The translations under genes were made by a program, and so were the position numbers. Shown piece by piece: positions 39,579 through 49,066 of a DNA stretch of 64,000 bases (positions are counted from its first letter, which is position 1; each line of letters opens with the position of its first letter). The stretch lies in the NCBI GenBank assembly GCA_023379265.1, contig JAMCUI010000019.1, positions 9,233-73,232 of the forward strand, given 5' to 3'. The notes under the pieces are model-generated. The model worked only from the letters and a program-made list of their open reading frames with translations. It ran no database searches and was not told where the DNA came from. This DNA is from Patescibacteria group bacterium. GTDB lineage: Bacteria > Patescibacteriota > Microgenomatia > 2-02-FULL-39-11.

Positions 39579-41279
39579 ATGCGTAAAACCCTTTTTTTGT
39601 TAGCAGCACTTTTTGTCATTTTTTCCTTTTCTCCTTCTATTTATGAAATTAATCGTAAAGATGCAATACCAAAGGAGAGGTATTTTGTTTTGGAACATAA
39701 TTATCTTTTTGACTACAATTTTTACCTTTCCCGGATAAAGGAAGGACTCTCGGGGCGGTGGACGGTTGTTGAGAAATACTACAACCAGCCGCACCAGGGT
39801 TCACTTTTCCAGATATTCTATCTTATGTTGGGTGAGGCAGGGAGGGTGTTTAATCTTACTCCGCCCGTTATTTATCACGGAGCAAGACTCATTTTTGGAT
39901 TCCTGTTTCTAGCAGCAGTAGGGTATTATATCAGTACTCTTTTTTCAGGCTTCTCTCAAATAGTGACATTTCTTTTGGTTGTCAATTCAGGAAGTTGGCC
40001 GGTTTTGGTAAAAGCAGGCAATTTCTGGCGCTTTGCCACATATATGGGTTGGTGGTCGGTGGTTGACAGCCTTCAGAGGATTACTTTCCTGCCGCATGTT
40101 CTTTTCGGACAGCTTTTTATTCTCTTATTTATATTTTGGTTAAGCGAAAAAGTTGCCGGGAAGAAAAGATTTGCCAAGATGGTGGCATTGGGGCTAATAG
40201 GATTTGTCGCAGGTATTATATTCCCGCCGACAGTTATTGTTTTATACGGCATTTTTGGGGTTCTGTCTCTTTTGGAAATAATTGACGTCTGGACTTTCAC
40301 TTTTGACAAAAAAGGACAGCGGATACTTTTTGACTGGTTTTTTGAGAAAGGTTTAACTAGGCTTATATTTCTTGTTTTATCTTCACTGTCTCTTCTTTAT
40401 GTGACTGTTATGTTTAATGTATTGCCTTGGAGTGCTCTCTCGCTTTTTGACATACAACACAGGACGGGATTGTCTTACAATGAGTATTTTATGGCTTTGG
40501 GACCTGTGTTGCCTTTGGGAATATTGGGAGGAATAGCTGTCGTTTTACGAAGGGATAAGAAATTATTCCCGGCTGTATCCTGGGTGGCTGCGGTTTTTAT
40601 ACTTTTCAAGATATTTGAAAATGTGCCCACCCAATCTCCACTGCGTTTTACCGAGGCGGCAATACATGTACCTTTGGGGATACTTACCGGCTATCTGGCG
40701 TATCTTATTTGGAAAGCGGCAGGAAAACTGTATAAACCATTGCGAAAAGTAGTAAGAGCTGGAGAAGGTATAGTTCTGTTCCTTATGATTCTTATGGGTA
40801 TTGGGGTAATGCTTTCCATGGTGATGTGGTTGACTGACCAGGTAAAGGCAAAAGCGGCCGGCACGTGGCCGGTGCCGATAGGAGCTGAATTAGTTTACCC
40901 TCTTAAGGATTTTATGAATGCAATTTTTTATATAAGGGACAATACAAACCAAAACAGTGTGGTTTTGGGCTATGTGACAGCTGGAAATTACATTCCTGCC
41001 TATGCGGGCAATTTTGTCTATATAGGACACGCCAATACGCCCGATGAAGACGGAAAGGAAAAGATTGCAGCCAGGTTTTTTTCGGGGAAAATGACACCTG
41101 AAGAGGCGAAAACATTTCTTACAAGAGAGAGAATATCTTACATATTATTCGGTCCTCAGGAGAAAGAGCTTGGAGGAATTCAAGATTTATCGACTATTTA
41201 TTCTAATCTATCTTTATTTTATAAAAATAGCCAGGTGGTGATATATAAAGTGGGAAATCAAATTGAAAAACAAAGTTAA
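39579..41279 (+). CDS. GT-C-like membrane protein, five-member paralogue family (copy 1)
   Basis: DYNFYLSRI, R..FLPH, C-terminal GNYIPAYAG..YIGH..FF.G..EEA..FL..YI.FGPQE. Confidence 0.7.
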   Translation: MRKTLFLLAALFVIFSFSPSIYEINRKDAIPKERYFVLEHNYLFDYNFYLSRIKEGLSGRWTVVEKYYNQPHQGSLFQIFYLMLGEAGRVFNLTPPVIYHGARLIFGFLFLAAVGYYISTLFSGFSQIVTFLLVVNSGSWPVLVKAGNFWRFATYMGWWSVVDSLQRITFLPHVLFGQLFILLFIFWLSEKVAGKKRFAKMVALGLIGFVAGIIFPPTVIVLYGIFGVLSLLEIIDVWTFTFDKKGQRILFDWFFEKGLTRLIFLVLSSLSLLYVTVMFNVLPWSALSLFDIQHRTGLSYNEYFMALGPVLPLGILGGIAVVLRRDKKLFPAVSWVAAVFILFKIFENVPTQSPLRFTEAAIHVPLGILTGYLAYLIWKAAGKLYKPLRKVVRAGEGIVLFLMILMGIGVMLSMVMWLTDQVKAKAAGTWPVPIGAELVYPLKDFMNAIFYIRDNTNQNSVVLGYVTAGNYIPAYAGNFVYIGHANTPDEDGKEKIAARFFSGKMTPEEAKTFLTRERISYILFGPQEKELGGIQDLSTIYSNLSLFYKNSQVVIYKVGNQIEKQS

Positions 41280-42935
41280 TTATTTCAAAGTATATATTGT
41301 TGCTTCCGGCTCGTCAAAAACAGTTTTGAGGATTTTTGGATACAAATAGTGATTATATAGAGGCTTTTCTTCAGGACCTTGGAAAACTAGATCAATTTTA
41401 TTGCTCAAAAGAAACTGCTTGGCTTCATCTTCCGTCATTTCCCCTTTGAAAAATTTAAACGCTTCATCCTGTTTCTGGTTGACATTATAGGTATAACCAA
41501 AGTGGCCTAGAAAGCTGACTGTATGGGTGAAAGCAGGCAGATAATTGCCGCTGTAAAAAGTGGAGAGGACAACTGTTTTATTGGGGTAATTTTTATTTAT
41601 GTAGGAAAAAGCGTTGTTTAGCCTATTATCCAGGTAGACGTTGCCGAAAATCGGCCAATACTCCTTTATTTGATTTTGCATGCTCCAGACAAGAGTGGGA
41701 TAGGTGAATATGGCAAATAAAATGGTAAACAATATTATTATCCAGTGGTTTACCATTTTTTTAAGCATTCCGGATTTAATTTTTGGTAATGGTTTGAATT
41801 TTCTATTTATAAAGTCTTCAATTGATTTGATTCCTATTGAGGAAAGCATGGATAAAGGCAAATAAGGCGTTCCTTGAATTAGCCTGATATTTGACAGGTT
41901 GAGTTTTTGGGCAAACGGTATAAGTAGAAACGGAGCGATAAGCCAGGCGGAAAGAAGAAGGCCGTTGAATTTTTTGGAAATTATCGAAATCATTATGCCA
42001 AGTAGAGCAAATGGGAATAGAAATCCCATTGCGCCTACGATTTCTCCTGCAAGCGGGAACTGAAGCGTCTTTTCCCAGTCCAAATATTGGCTCCAGGGGA
42101 AACCGTGACCTGTCTGAGAGATCATAAAGAGAAGAATAAATGCTCCAATTGACCAATAGATAAGATACCAAAAAGTTACATTTAGGTCTTTTTGAAATTT
42201 ATTACTGTGGAAAAAATGATAGGTGATTACAGAAACGGGTAATATAAGAAGAATAATAAAAAGACTGGGCGGGTGGATAAATCCCAGAAATAAAGTGAAT
42301 AGTGCAGCGCATCCCAATAGTTTAATATTTTTCTCTTTGGCATATTTAACGATAAGAAAAATTGATAAGACAAGGATGAGGCTGCCGAATACATGGTGGG
42401 GTAGGTAGGCCGCGCGCCGTATCGGATCCATGCCCGTCCACCAGTTCATATATGGCACAGAAGTCACGTTTCCTGCGTCAATAGTATTGTGCATGAGCGG
42501 TGCGGCAAATGTAAAAAGGATAAAAGTGAGTCGGGGATATGGGATTTTTAAATAATTTATAAGCATGAAGGCCGTTGTCAAAAGTGCTATCCCTAATACA
42601 ATTCTTGTTGCATGGTAAGTGATGGGAAAAGGCAGTTTCAGTATACTGCTGATTTTCCCAAGCCAGGCAAAATAAGCGAATATTATTGAGGATTGATGCG
42701 GTTCGGAGGTATAGGGGTCATAAATTGCTGTCGCTCCACCAGCACCTTCATTCATAAGTGATTGGTAAAAGAAAAAATCCTGGACGTTATTGTGGATCAT
42801 GGCAAAAGTTCGGCCGGGAGGGGAATGGCGAATATCCAAAATCATCGGTGTTAGATTTAGACCCAAAATAATTACGGTACAGACCGTAATAAAAAGGATA
42901 TTGGAAGAGAAAATTATTACGAATTTATTTTTCAT
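41280..42935 (-). CDS. GT-C-like membrane protein, paralogue family (copy 2)
   Basis: DFFFYQSLM, DPYTSE, R.AYLPHH, GNYLPAF..FLGH..FQGPEE. Confidence 0.7.
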   Translation of the reverse strand: MKNKFVIIFSSNILFITVCTVIILGLNLTPMILDIRHSPPGRTFAMIHNNVQDFFFYQSLMNEGAGGATAIYDPYTSEPHQSSIIFAYFAWLGKISSILKLPFPITYHATRIVLGIALLTTAFMLINYLKIPYPRLTFILFTFAAPLMHNTIDAGNVTSVPYMNWWTGMDPIRRAAYLPHHVFGSLILVLSIFLIVKYAKEKNIKLLGCAALFTLFLGFIHPPSLFIILLILPVSVITYHFFHSNKFQKDLNVTFWYLIYWSIGAFILLFMISQTGHGFPWSQYLDWEKTLQFPLAGEIVGAMGFLFPFALLGIMISIISKKFNGLLLSAWLIAPFLLIPFAQKLNLSNIRLIQGTPYLPLSMLSSIGIKSIEDFINRKFKPLPKIKSGMLKKMVNHWIIILFTILFAIFTYPTLVWSMQNQIKEYWPIFGNVYLDNRLNNAFSYINKNYPNKTVVLSTFYSGNYLPAFTHTVSFLGHFGYTYNVNQKQDEAFKFFKGEMTEDEAKQFLLSNKIDLVFQGPEEKPLYNHYLYPKILKTVFDEPEATIYTLK

Positions 42936-43012
42936 TTTTTAATGAGAAGAGTTGCTAGTACTTCGTTTCATAAATTTTGACATACGGGTTAACTTTTAGA
43001 AACGGTTGAAAA

Positions 43013-43192
43013 TCAATGAAATGAAGTACTAGTTGGACCAAGATATGTAACACCTCCGGGCAGGATGATGTCAGACGGCTGCAGTTGTGAGTAGCGGTAG
43101 GAGACATAAAGAGATCCCAAAAGTATTATTGCGCAGAGAACTAAGGCAAAAACCACTTTTACAAGATGAGTGTCGTCTTGAGGATTATTCAT
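43013..43192 (-). CDS. Small single-pass membrane protein, 59 aa (below ORF-track cutoff)
   Basis: MNNPQDDTHLVKVVFALVLCAIILLGSLYVSYRYSQLQPSDIILPGGVTYLGPTSTSFH; TGgTAAAAT extended -10 upstream. Confidence 0.7.
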   Translation of the reverse strand: MNNPQDDTHLVKVVFALVLCAIILLGSLYVSYRYSQLQPSDIILPGGVTYLGPTSTSFH

Positions 43193-43394
43193 AGTTTGTT
43201 TATCAAGATTTTACCACAGTCATATTAACATTTTTCAAATTACTATAATTTATGGACATGTTTGTTACGTAAAAGCTGCTCGAAGTGAAAATTTTTTTGT
43301 TCGCAAAGATGGGAGGTAATAAAGCGTGGTGTTAGAAGAGGTAAAAACTATTGTGGAAGCGAGAAGTAGAATCTGCTATTATTTGGGTTAATTT

Positions 43395-44171
43395 ATGGCA
43401 GCAGTAAAACCATCCATTTCAGTGTTTTTTCCCTTCCTCAACGATTGGGGAACGGTGGGAAGCCTTGTGGGTTTGACTGTAGATACTGTGAGCCGGTTGG
43501 CAGATGATTGGGAAGTGATAATAGTAAATGATGGCAGCGACGAAAAAGATAAAGAAGCTTTGGAGAAGATTGTTGGAGTGATTGAAAAGCAGGATAAGAT
43601 TAAACAAAAAACAAAAAGAATAAGAATTATAAACCATACAAAGAACATGGGATACGGAGGAGCGCTGAGGACAGGCTTCATGGCGGCAAAAAAGGATCTA
43701 GTCTTTTATACCGACTGTGATGCGCAGTATGACCCACGGGAGCTGATAAAGCTTTATGCTGCCATGAAGCCTGGGGTTTCCATGGTCAACGGATACAAGA
43801 TAAAAAGGCAGGATCCTTGGGTTAGGATAGTGGCGGGAAGGCTTTATCATTATACTGTGAGAACTGCGTTTGGTTTACCTATACGTGATACGGATTGTGA
43901 TTTCAGGTTAATACGAACGGAAGTGTTTAATCCCTCTCCAGGGTCAGGACACTCTGCTGTTAGGCTTTTTGAAAATACAGGCACAATTTGTACGGAGCTA
44001 GTGAAGAAAATAGACCATCATGGCTATAAAATTGTAGAGGTACCAGTGCACCATTTCTGGAGGACAAGCGGCAAAAGCCAGTTTTTCAACTTCAGGAGAC
44101 TGGTACAGACTGGTAACAATCTTTTTAGGTTGTGGTGGAAGTTGATGGTAAAAAACGATTACAACTCATGA
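43395..44171 (+). CDS. GT2 polyprenol-phosphate glycosyltransferase (DPM1/ArnC/GtrB-like)
   Basis: ISVFFP, IIVNDGS, NMGYGGALRTG, YTDCDAQYD, DTDCDFRL, EVPVHH. Confidence 0.9.
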   Translation: MAAVKPSISVFFPFLNDWGTVGSLVGLTVDTVSRLADDWEVIIVNDGSDEKDKEALEKIVGVIEKQDKIKQKTKRIRIINHTKNMGYGGALRTGFMAAKKDLVFYTDCDAQYDPRELIKLYAAMKPGVSMVNGYKIKRQDPWVRIVAGRLYHYTVRTAFGLPIRDTDCDFRLIRTEVFNPSPGSGHSAVRLFENTGTICTELVKKIDHHGYKIVEVPVHHFWRTSGKSQFFNFRRLVQTGNNLFRLWWKLMVKNDYNS

Positions 44172-44842
44172 AACCTGATACAAATATTAAAACAATCCTC
44201 GGTAGAATTTACCGCGTAAGGTATCCTAAAGAGATAGAGTTCCCAAAAGAAGCAATATGGAAAGTGCTTTGTCATGATTGGCTCCAGAAATTCGTTGGTA
44301 GAAGTGATACGGTTTTGGATATTGCAGCGGGACATTGTGAGTTTATAAATAATATCGTTTGCGGGAAGAAGTTTGCAGTGGATCTGGATAATAGGATTAA
44401 AAAATATGCAAACCCAGATGTTCAAATATTTATAAGATCAGCAGAAGACTTGCCTAAGAGCTTGAAAAATAAGGTGGACGTGGTGTTTATGGGATGTTTC
44501 TTGGAACATCTACCCTCCAAACAAGCAATAATTAAGGTCTTACTTGAGATTAAAAGTGTACTAAGGGATGGTGGAAAACTCATAATATTGAACCCGAATA
44601 TCAGATTTTCCACTTCAGATTACTGGGATTATTTTGATCATATTACTCCTGTAAGTGACCGCAGTATGGTGGAAATATTACAGGCGTTAGGTTTTAAGAT
44701 AGAAATTTGTTTGCCAAGGTTTGTTCCCAACACATTAAAGGATAGATTACCAAAATCACCCTTTTTGGTAAGATTATATCTTTCAATGCCATTTCTTTTT
44801 CCAATATTTGGTAAACAGATGTTTCTTGTAGTAGTTAAATGA
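44168..44842 (+). CDS. Class I SAM-dependent methyltransferase (start at ATG 44168)
   Basis: VLDIAAGHCEF, FLEHL, YWDYFDH; ATGA overlap with GT2 stop. Confidence 0.85.
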   Translation: MKPDTNIKTILGRIYRVRYPKEIEFPKEAIWKVLCHDWLQKFVGRSDTVLDIAAGHCEFINNIVCGKKFAVDLDNRIKKYANPDVQIFIRSAEDLPKSLKNKVDVVFMGCFLEHLPSKQAIIKVLLEIKSVLRDGGKLIILNPNIRFSTSDYWDYFDHITPVSDRSMVEILQALGFKIEICLPRFVPNTLKDRLPKSPFLVRLYLSMPFLFPIFGKQMFLVVVK

Positions 44843-44846
44843 CGGT

Positions 44847-46592
44847 CTAAAGTAATGGATTAGTTAATTTTATTTGGTATATTTTTACGGGTCCATTGTC
44901 AAAAATCTTCTCCAGAAAAGAGTATTTATTTATATCTCCTCCCAGATCTTTTTCCTGCCAGCCGTAGTAGATATAATTTATGCCGTTATCCCTCAGGAAT
45001 TTATACGCCTCCTGCGAGGTCCATTTGCCCCCAAAAAAGTTGTCCACATTTTGCTCTTTCGCTTGGTAATCCATAGTCTGGGTCACATGGCCGAAATAGC
45101 TTATGGTAGGGTTAAAGGCGGGGATAATGATACCCATTTTTTCGTTACTCAGAAAAACAGAATTTTTAGGAACATTTTCCTTTATGAACTTCATCGCATC
45201 CACGGAAGTTTTGGGGATATAAATATGGTCATAGACCGGCTCGTTTTTGATATAATCCATCCTGGTTTTCCATAACTTGAAAGATGAGGGAAGGGTAGTG
45301 GCAAAGAATAAGACTATAAGTGAGTATTGGATAAGACGTTTTTTTATCGGTGGGATAATCTTAAAAATTGTATAACCTGAAAGTATGCCTAAGGGAATAT
45401 ATGGTGCTTCCTCTACCAGCCTTATTTTGGCTATTCCGAAAGGATTGACAAATGGCAACATGATAAAAGGGGTTGCCGCCCAGACGCTAATAAAAAGCAG
45501 TTCCCAGCTGTTTTTTTTCACTGCGTGGTAAACTGCCGGAATTGAGAGTAAGGGAAGTATTCCGAATACTTCCAAAAGGTTCCTATTGAAATCCGGTTCT
45601 CCCCAGTTCCATCTCTCCACTCCCCAGGAGACCCATGTACTCCAGGGGAATCCCGTTGTCACTTGGTATTTGATGATGGCATAACACGCCAGTATTGCAA
45701 AAATTATGACTGAAAAACCTTTAATAAGCTGTAAGTTAATAATCAGTTTAAGTTTTGCCATATTTCGTTTCGGGTCGTGCCACTCACTACCCAGTAAATT
45801 TGGTTGCAAATTTACTGGGTACCTGGCTCGTGTTACCCGTTTAATTTCAAAATAAATTCGGGCAATATAGATAAAGTAAGCAATAGGTATGCCAACTGCT
45901 ACAGGAATGAGGACGGACGGCAGTATCATGCCGCCAATAAATATTGATATGGCGGCCAAAAGGGCATATTTTAGTTTCGGCTTCCTGAAAAAAAGAAATA
46001 CAAGTAAAATGGCGGCAAGAAGAAAAGCTTCTGAAGCGATATAGTGGGGGAGGTCATAAATCCTGTTTAGCGCATCAAGCACAATCCACCAGGGCATGCT
46101 GATGGGAAAATAGATAGGTTGCGCAAACATCAGTGTTGGGGAAATTGTGCCCAGAAGTCCGAATATAGCCCCCCAAATGGCATTTTTTCTGCTCAATATT
46201 TTTCCTGAGAGAAAGTAAACAAGTATCAGAAAAATCTCTGTAAATATTATTATTGTCAGGTGGTATGCAGCAATAGGTGAAAGGTGAAACAAGCCCGCAA
46301 CCTGTCCTATGCCGGTAAAAAATGTGTAGAATACGCCTTTCGACATTTTTTCCGTAGAGTATGGGTCTTGGTAGAGAAACCGGCCGTTTTCCCCTTGGTT
46401 TATGACGGCAAGATAAAGGTAATAGTCATGTGGCCAGTCGGAATGCACATATGGGAAAATTCGATCATGCGGGGTCTTGGCGGCACGCAAAATTATCGGC
46501 ACATTGGCAAAAATGACTACCAGGTTCATCAAGATAAAAAAGATGACAAAGCGAATGGATATAGATGTGTTTTTTTGTGGTTGTACAGACAT
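44847..46592 (-). CDS. GT-C-like membrane protein, paralogue family (copy 3)
   Basis: WPHDYYLYLAVINQG, DPYSTE, LPHY, GIIIPAF..YFGH..YYGWQE. Confidence 0.7.
   Translation of the reverse strand: MSVQPQKNTSISIRFVIFFILMNLVVIFANVPIILRAAKTPHDRIFPYVHSDWPHDYYLYLAVINQGENGRFLYQDPYSTEKMSKGVFYTFFTGIGQVAGLFHLSPIAAYHLTIIIFTEIFLILVYFLSGKILSRKNAIWGAIFGLLGTISPTLMFAQPIYFPISMPWWIVLDALNRIYDLPHYIASEAFLLAAILLVFLFFRKPKLKYALLAAISIFIGGMILPSVLIPVAVGIPIAYFIYIARIYFEIKRVTRARYPVNLQPNLLGSEWHDPKRNMAKLKLIINLQLIKGFSVIIFAILACYAIIKYQVTTGFPWSTWVSWGVERWNWGEPDFNRNLLEVFGILPLLSIPAVYHAVKKNSWELLFISVWAATPFIMLPFVNPFGIAKIRLVEEAPYIPLGILSGYTIFKIIPPIKKRLIQYSLIVLFFATTLPSSFKLWKTRMDYIKNEPVYDHIYIPKTSVDAMKFIKENVPKNSVFLSNEKMGIIIPAFNPTISYFGHVTQTMDYQAKEQNVDNFFGGKWTSQEAYKFLRDNGINYIYYGWQEKDLGGDINKYSFLEKIFDNGPVKIYQIKLTNPLL
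45771..45839. mobile_element. 69-bp palindromic element inserted in frame
   Basis: Ends CGGGT/ACCCG; internal perfect 15-bp inverted repeat TACCCAGTAAATTTG/CAAATTTACTGGGTA (45788-45821); CGGGTCGTGCC also at 63630. Confidence 0.7.
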
Positions 46593-46762
46593 GTCCAGTC
46601 CTATCTAAATAGTTGGATCAAGCGTTCCGTATGCGATCTGCAAGAATTTGCACATACTTTGCATCTTTTAGTATTTCTTAAATAACGAACGTGAGACCCG
46701 TCTAAGTATAATTTTTTGTTTGTGATATTTCAATCAACTCCGGACGTGATAGAATAAGGCGG

Positions 46763-47749
46763 ATGAAGAAGAGTTTTTATAATGGAAAAAAAATACTTAT
46801 TACCGGCGGGTTGGGGTTTATCGGCAGTAATCTGGCTGTAAGATTGGTTGAAGAGGGTGCCAACGTGCTTCTTGTTGATTCCATGATCCCAGCCTATGGC
46901 GGAAATCTCTTCAATATTGAACCCGTAAAGCAAAAGGTAAAAATAAACTTTTCCGATATCAGGGATACAACCAGCATGAATTATTTGGTGCATGAAAAGG
47001 ATGTCATTTTCAACCTCGCCGGTACTCTTTCCCATGTGGACAGTATGACTGATCCTATGACAGACCTTGAGATAAACTGCCGTGCACAATTATCTCTTCT
47101 TGAATCGGTCAGAAGATACAACCCGGGAACCAGCGTAATATTTGCCGGGACCAGAAACCAATATGGCAAGGCAAAGTATCTTCCGGTTGACGAGAATCAT
47201 CCGCAGGAACCCGCAGATATAAACGGTATAAATAATATCGCCGCCGAAAAATACCACCTTATGTATACAAAGGTGTATGGCATAAAGACAGTGTCATTGA
47301 GAATGACCAATGTTTTTGGTCCTAGGCACCAGATGAAGCATTCCAGGCAGGGTGTCCTTAATTGGTTCATAAGGAAAATTTTGGATGGTGAGACGGTAGA
47401 GTTGTATGGAACTGGGCGACAAATAAGGGATGTAAATTATATTGATGACGTTATCGATGCTTTGCTTATGGTTGCGGAAGGAGAAAGCGGCTGGGGAGAG
47501 GCATATAATTTGGGTGGGACACCTGTATCACTAACTGATTTTGTTAAAAAGTCTATTAAGATTGCCGGAGGAGGCAAATATAAAGAAGTGGACTTTCCAA
47601 AAGAGAGGAAAAAAATAGAAATAGGAGATTATATTGCCTCATATGAAAAAATAAAAAAAACATATTCCTGGAAACCAAAAATAACTCTTGATGAAGGTAT
47701 TAGAAAAACCATTTTATACTATAAAAAGTACAGGAAATTCTATTGGTAA
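46763..47749 (+). CDS. NAD-dependent sugar epimerase/dehydratase
   Basis: LITGGLGFIGS, FNLAG, NVFGPR, RDVNYIDD; the YxxxK position reads NGINN. Confidence 0.9.
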   Translation: MKKSFYNGKKILITGGLGFIGSNLAVRLVEEGANVLLVDSMIPAYGGNLFNIEPVKQKVKINFSDIRDTTSMNYLVHEKDVIFNLAGTLSHVDSMTDPMTDLEINCRAQLSLLESVRRYNPGTSVIFAGTRNQYGKAKYLPVDENHPQEPADINGINNIAAEKYHLMYTKVYGIKTVSLRMTNVFGPRHQMKHSRQGVLNWFIRKILDGETVELYGTGRQIRDVNYIDDVIDALLMVAEGESGWGEAYNLGGTPVSLTDFVKKSIKIAGGGKYKEVDFPKERKKIEIGDYIASYEKIKKTYSWKPKITLDEGIRKTILYYKKYRKFYW

Positions 47750-47776
47750 GTATTAGTTGAGATTTTGTTAAGAAAA

Positions 47777-49066
47777 ATGCGCAAGTGGCTATTCATAATT
47801 TTGCTTTTGGTGACGGGTGTAATTTTCAGAGTCTGGCTAATCAGTCTTGTGCCACAACCGGTTATATTTGATGCTTCAGAATATAGCATCCTGGCTGAGC
47901 GCATACTTTACTTCCCTTTCTATACCGACTCATTTCGGTCTTACGGTTATCCCATTATTGTTTCTTTCATCTATTCTTTTTTTGGTCCCAGCAATTATTG
48001 GGCCTGGAAAATAATGCAATCGGTAATGGACGTGAGTGTTGCGTTGATGGTTTTTCTTATGGCAGGAGTGCTTTTTAGAAAGAATAAACCGGCCGCATTA
48101 ATTACCCTTGTTATTTACATATTTAATCCGTATACGTCGGCTTATGCGGGTTTACTTTTAACTGAGAGCGCGACCATACTTTTTATAACGCTCTCTTTTT
48201 TTCTGTTGTTAAAATTTTTGGAGAAAAAAAATATTTATTATCTTTTGGCGCTGGGGTTTGTGCTAGGTTATTTGCCTCAAGTGCGTCCGGGTTACATATT
48301 TTTCTCCTTTCTGCTCCTTATTTTTATATCGGTATATGTGTTTCGACGTCTTTTTAAAACTATGGAAGGTAAAGCTGCCCTGGTATTGTCGCTATTTCTA
48401 TTTTGTCTGCCGTTTGCCTACAACGTTATAGGAAATTACAGGTACCGTCAGCAAATTACGCCATTTTTAGCCGACAATATGTTCGTACAGAATCTTTACG
48501 GCAGTCTTTATGTGGAAAGATATATGCCCTTATTTGGAGCAAAGGTACGAGGAGATCCGCCAGAGGTACGTCAGATGTATGCTGAGTATTCATCCAAAAC
48601 GATAGCTCCACAAAGGAAAGCCGTAGCGGATAAATATATGAAACTGTCTATTGCAAAAATTGAAAGCGACCCAAAAGAGTTTGTTTTATCCCGTTTTCGG
48701 AAAATGTGGTACATATGGGAGAAGCATGCGTTGTTTCTGTACGTAAATGAGCCGCAAAGATATGAAAATTATGTCTATTGGGGAAATATCACATTGCTGG
48801 CTTTATTTGTTATCGGGCTATATGCCTATTGGAGGAAGCTGGTAAAGAAAGGTTCTGTCGGAGGATGGTTTGTGAAATTCACAGTACTGTTTATTGTATA
48901 TGTTTCAGCGGTGCACGCTTTTACTCCCAACGAGGAGAGATACTCAATTCCTGCTTATCCCCTTATATTCCTTTTTGCCGGGTACGGAGTTTTTACGGCG
49001 TGGGAGAAAATAAAGTTTTTTATTTTTGCGTCCAGGCAAAAAAATAATGAAGTTTCAGAATCTTAA
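47777..49066 (+). CDS. ArnT/PMT-like GT-C membrane glycosyltransferase
   Basis: FDASEY first loop, R..GYP, LLTES, VRP, ERY.IP. Confidence 0.75.
   Translation: MRKWLFIILLLVTGVIFRVWLISLVPQPVIFDASEYSILAERILYFPFYTDSFRSYGYPIIVSFIYSFFGPSNYWAWKIMQSVMDVSVALMVFLMAGVLFRKNKPAALITLVIYIFNPYTSAYAGLLLTESATILFITLSFFLLLKFLEKKNIYYLLALGFVLGYLPQVRPGYIFFSFLLLIFISVYVFRRLFKTMEGKAALVLSLFLFCLPFAYNVIGNYRYRQQITPFLADNMFVQNLYGSLYVERYMPLFGAKVRGDPPEVRQMYAEYSSKTIAPQRKAVADKYMKLSIAKIESDPKEFVLSRFRKMWYIWEKHALFLYVNEPQRYENYVYWGNITLLALFVIGLYAYWRKLVKKGSVGGWFVKFTVLFIVYVSAVHAFTPNEERYSIPAYPLIFLFAGYGVFTAWEKIKFFIFASRQKNNEVSES

Noticed and set aside
23740-46703. Isolated ACGGGT hexamers at ~23743, 36291, 42985 and 46698
   Set aside because: Six-base matches are expected by chance; not counted as members of the MITE-like family without longer similarity.
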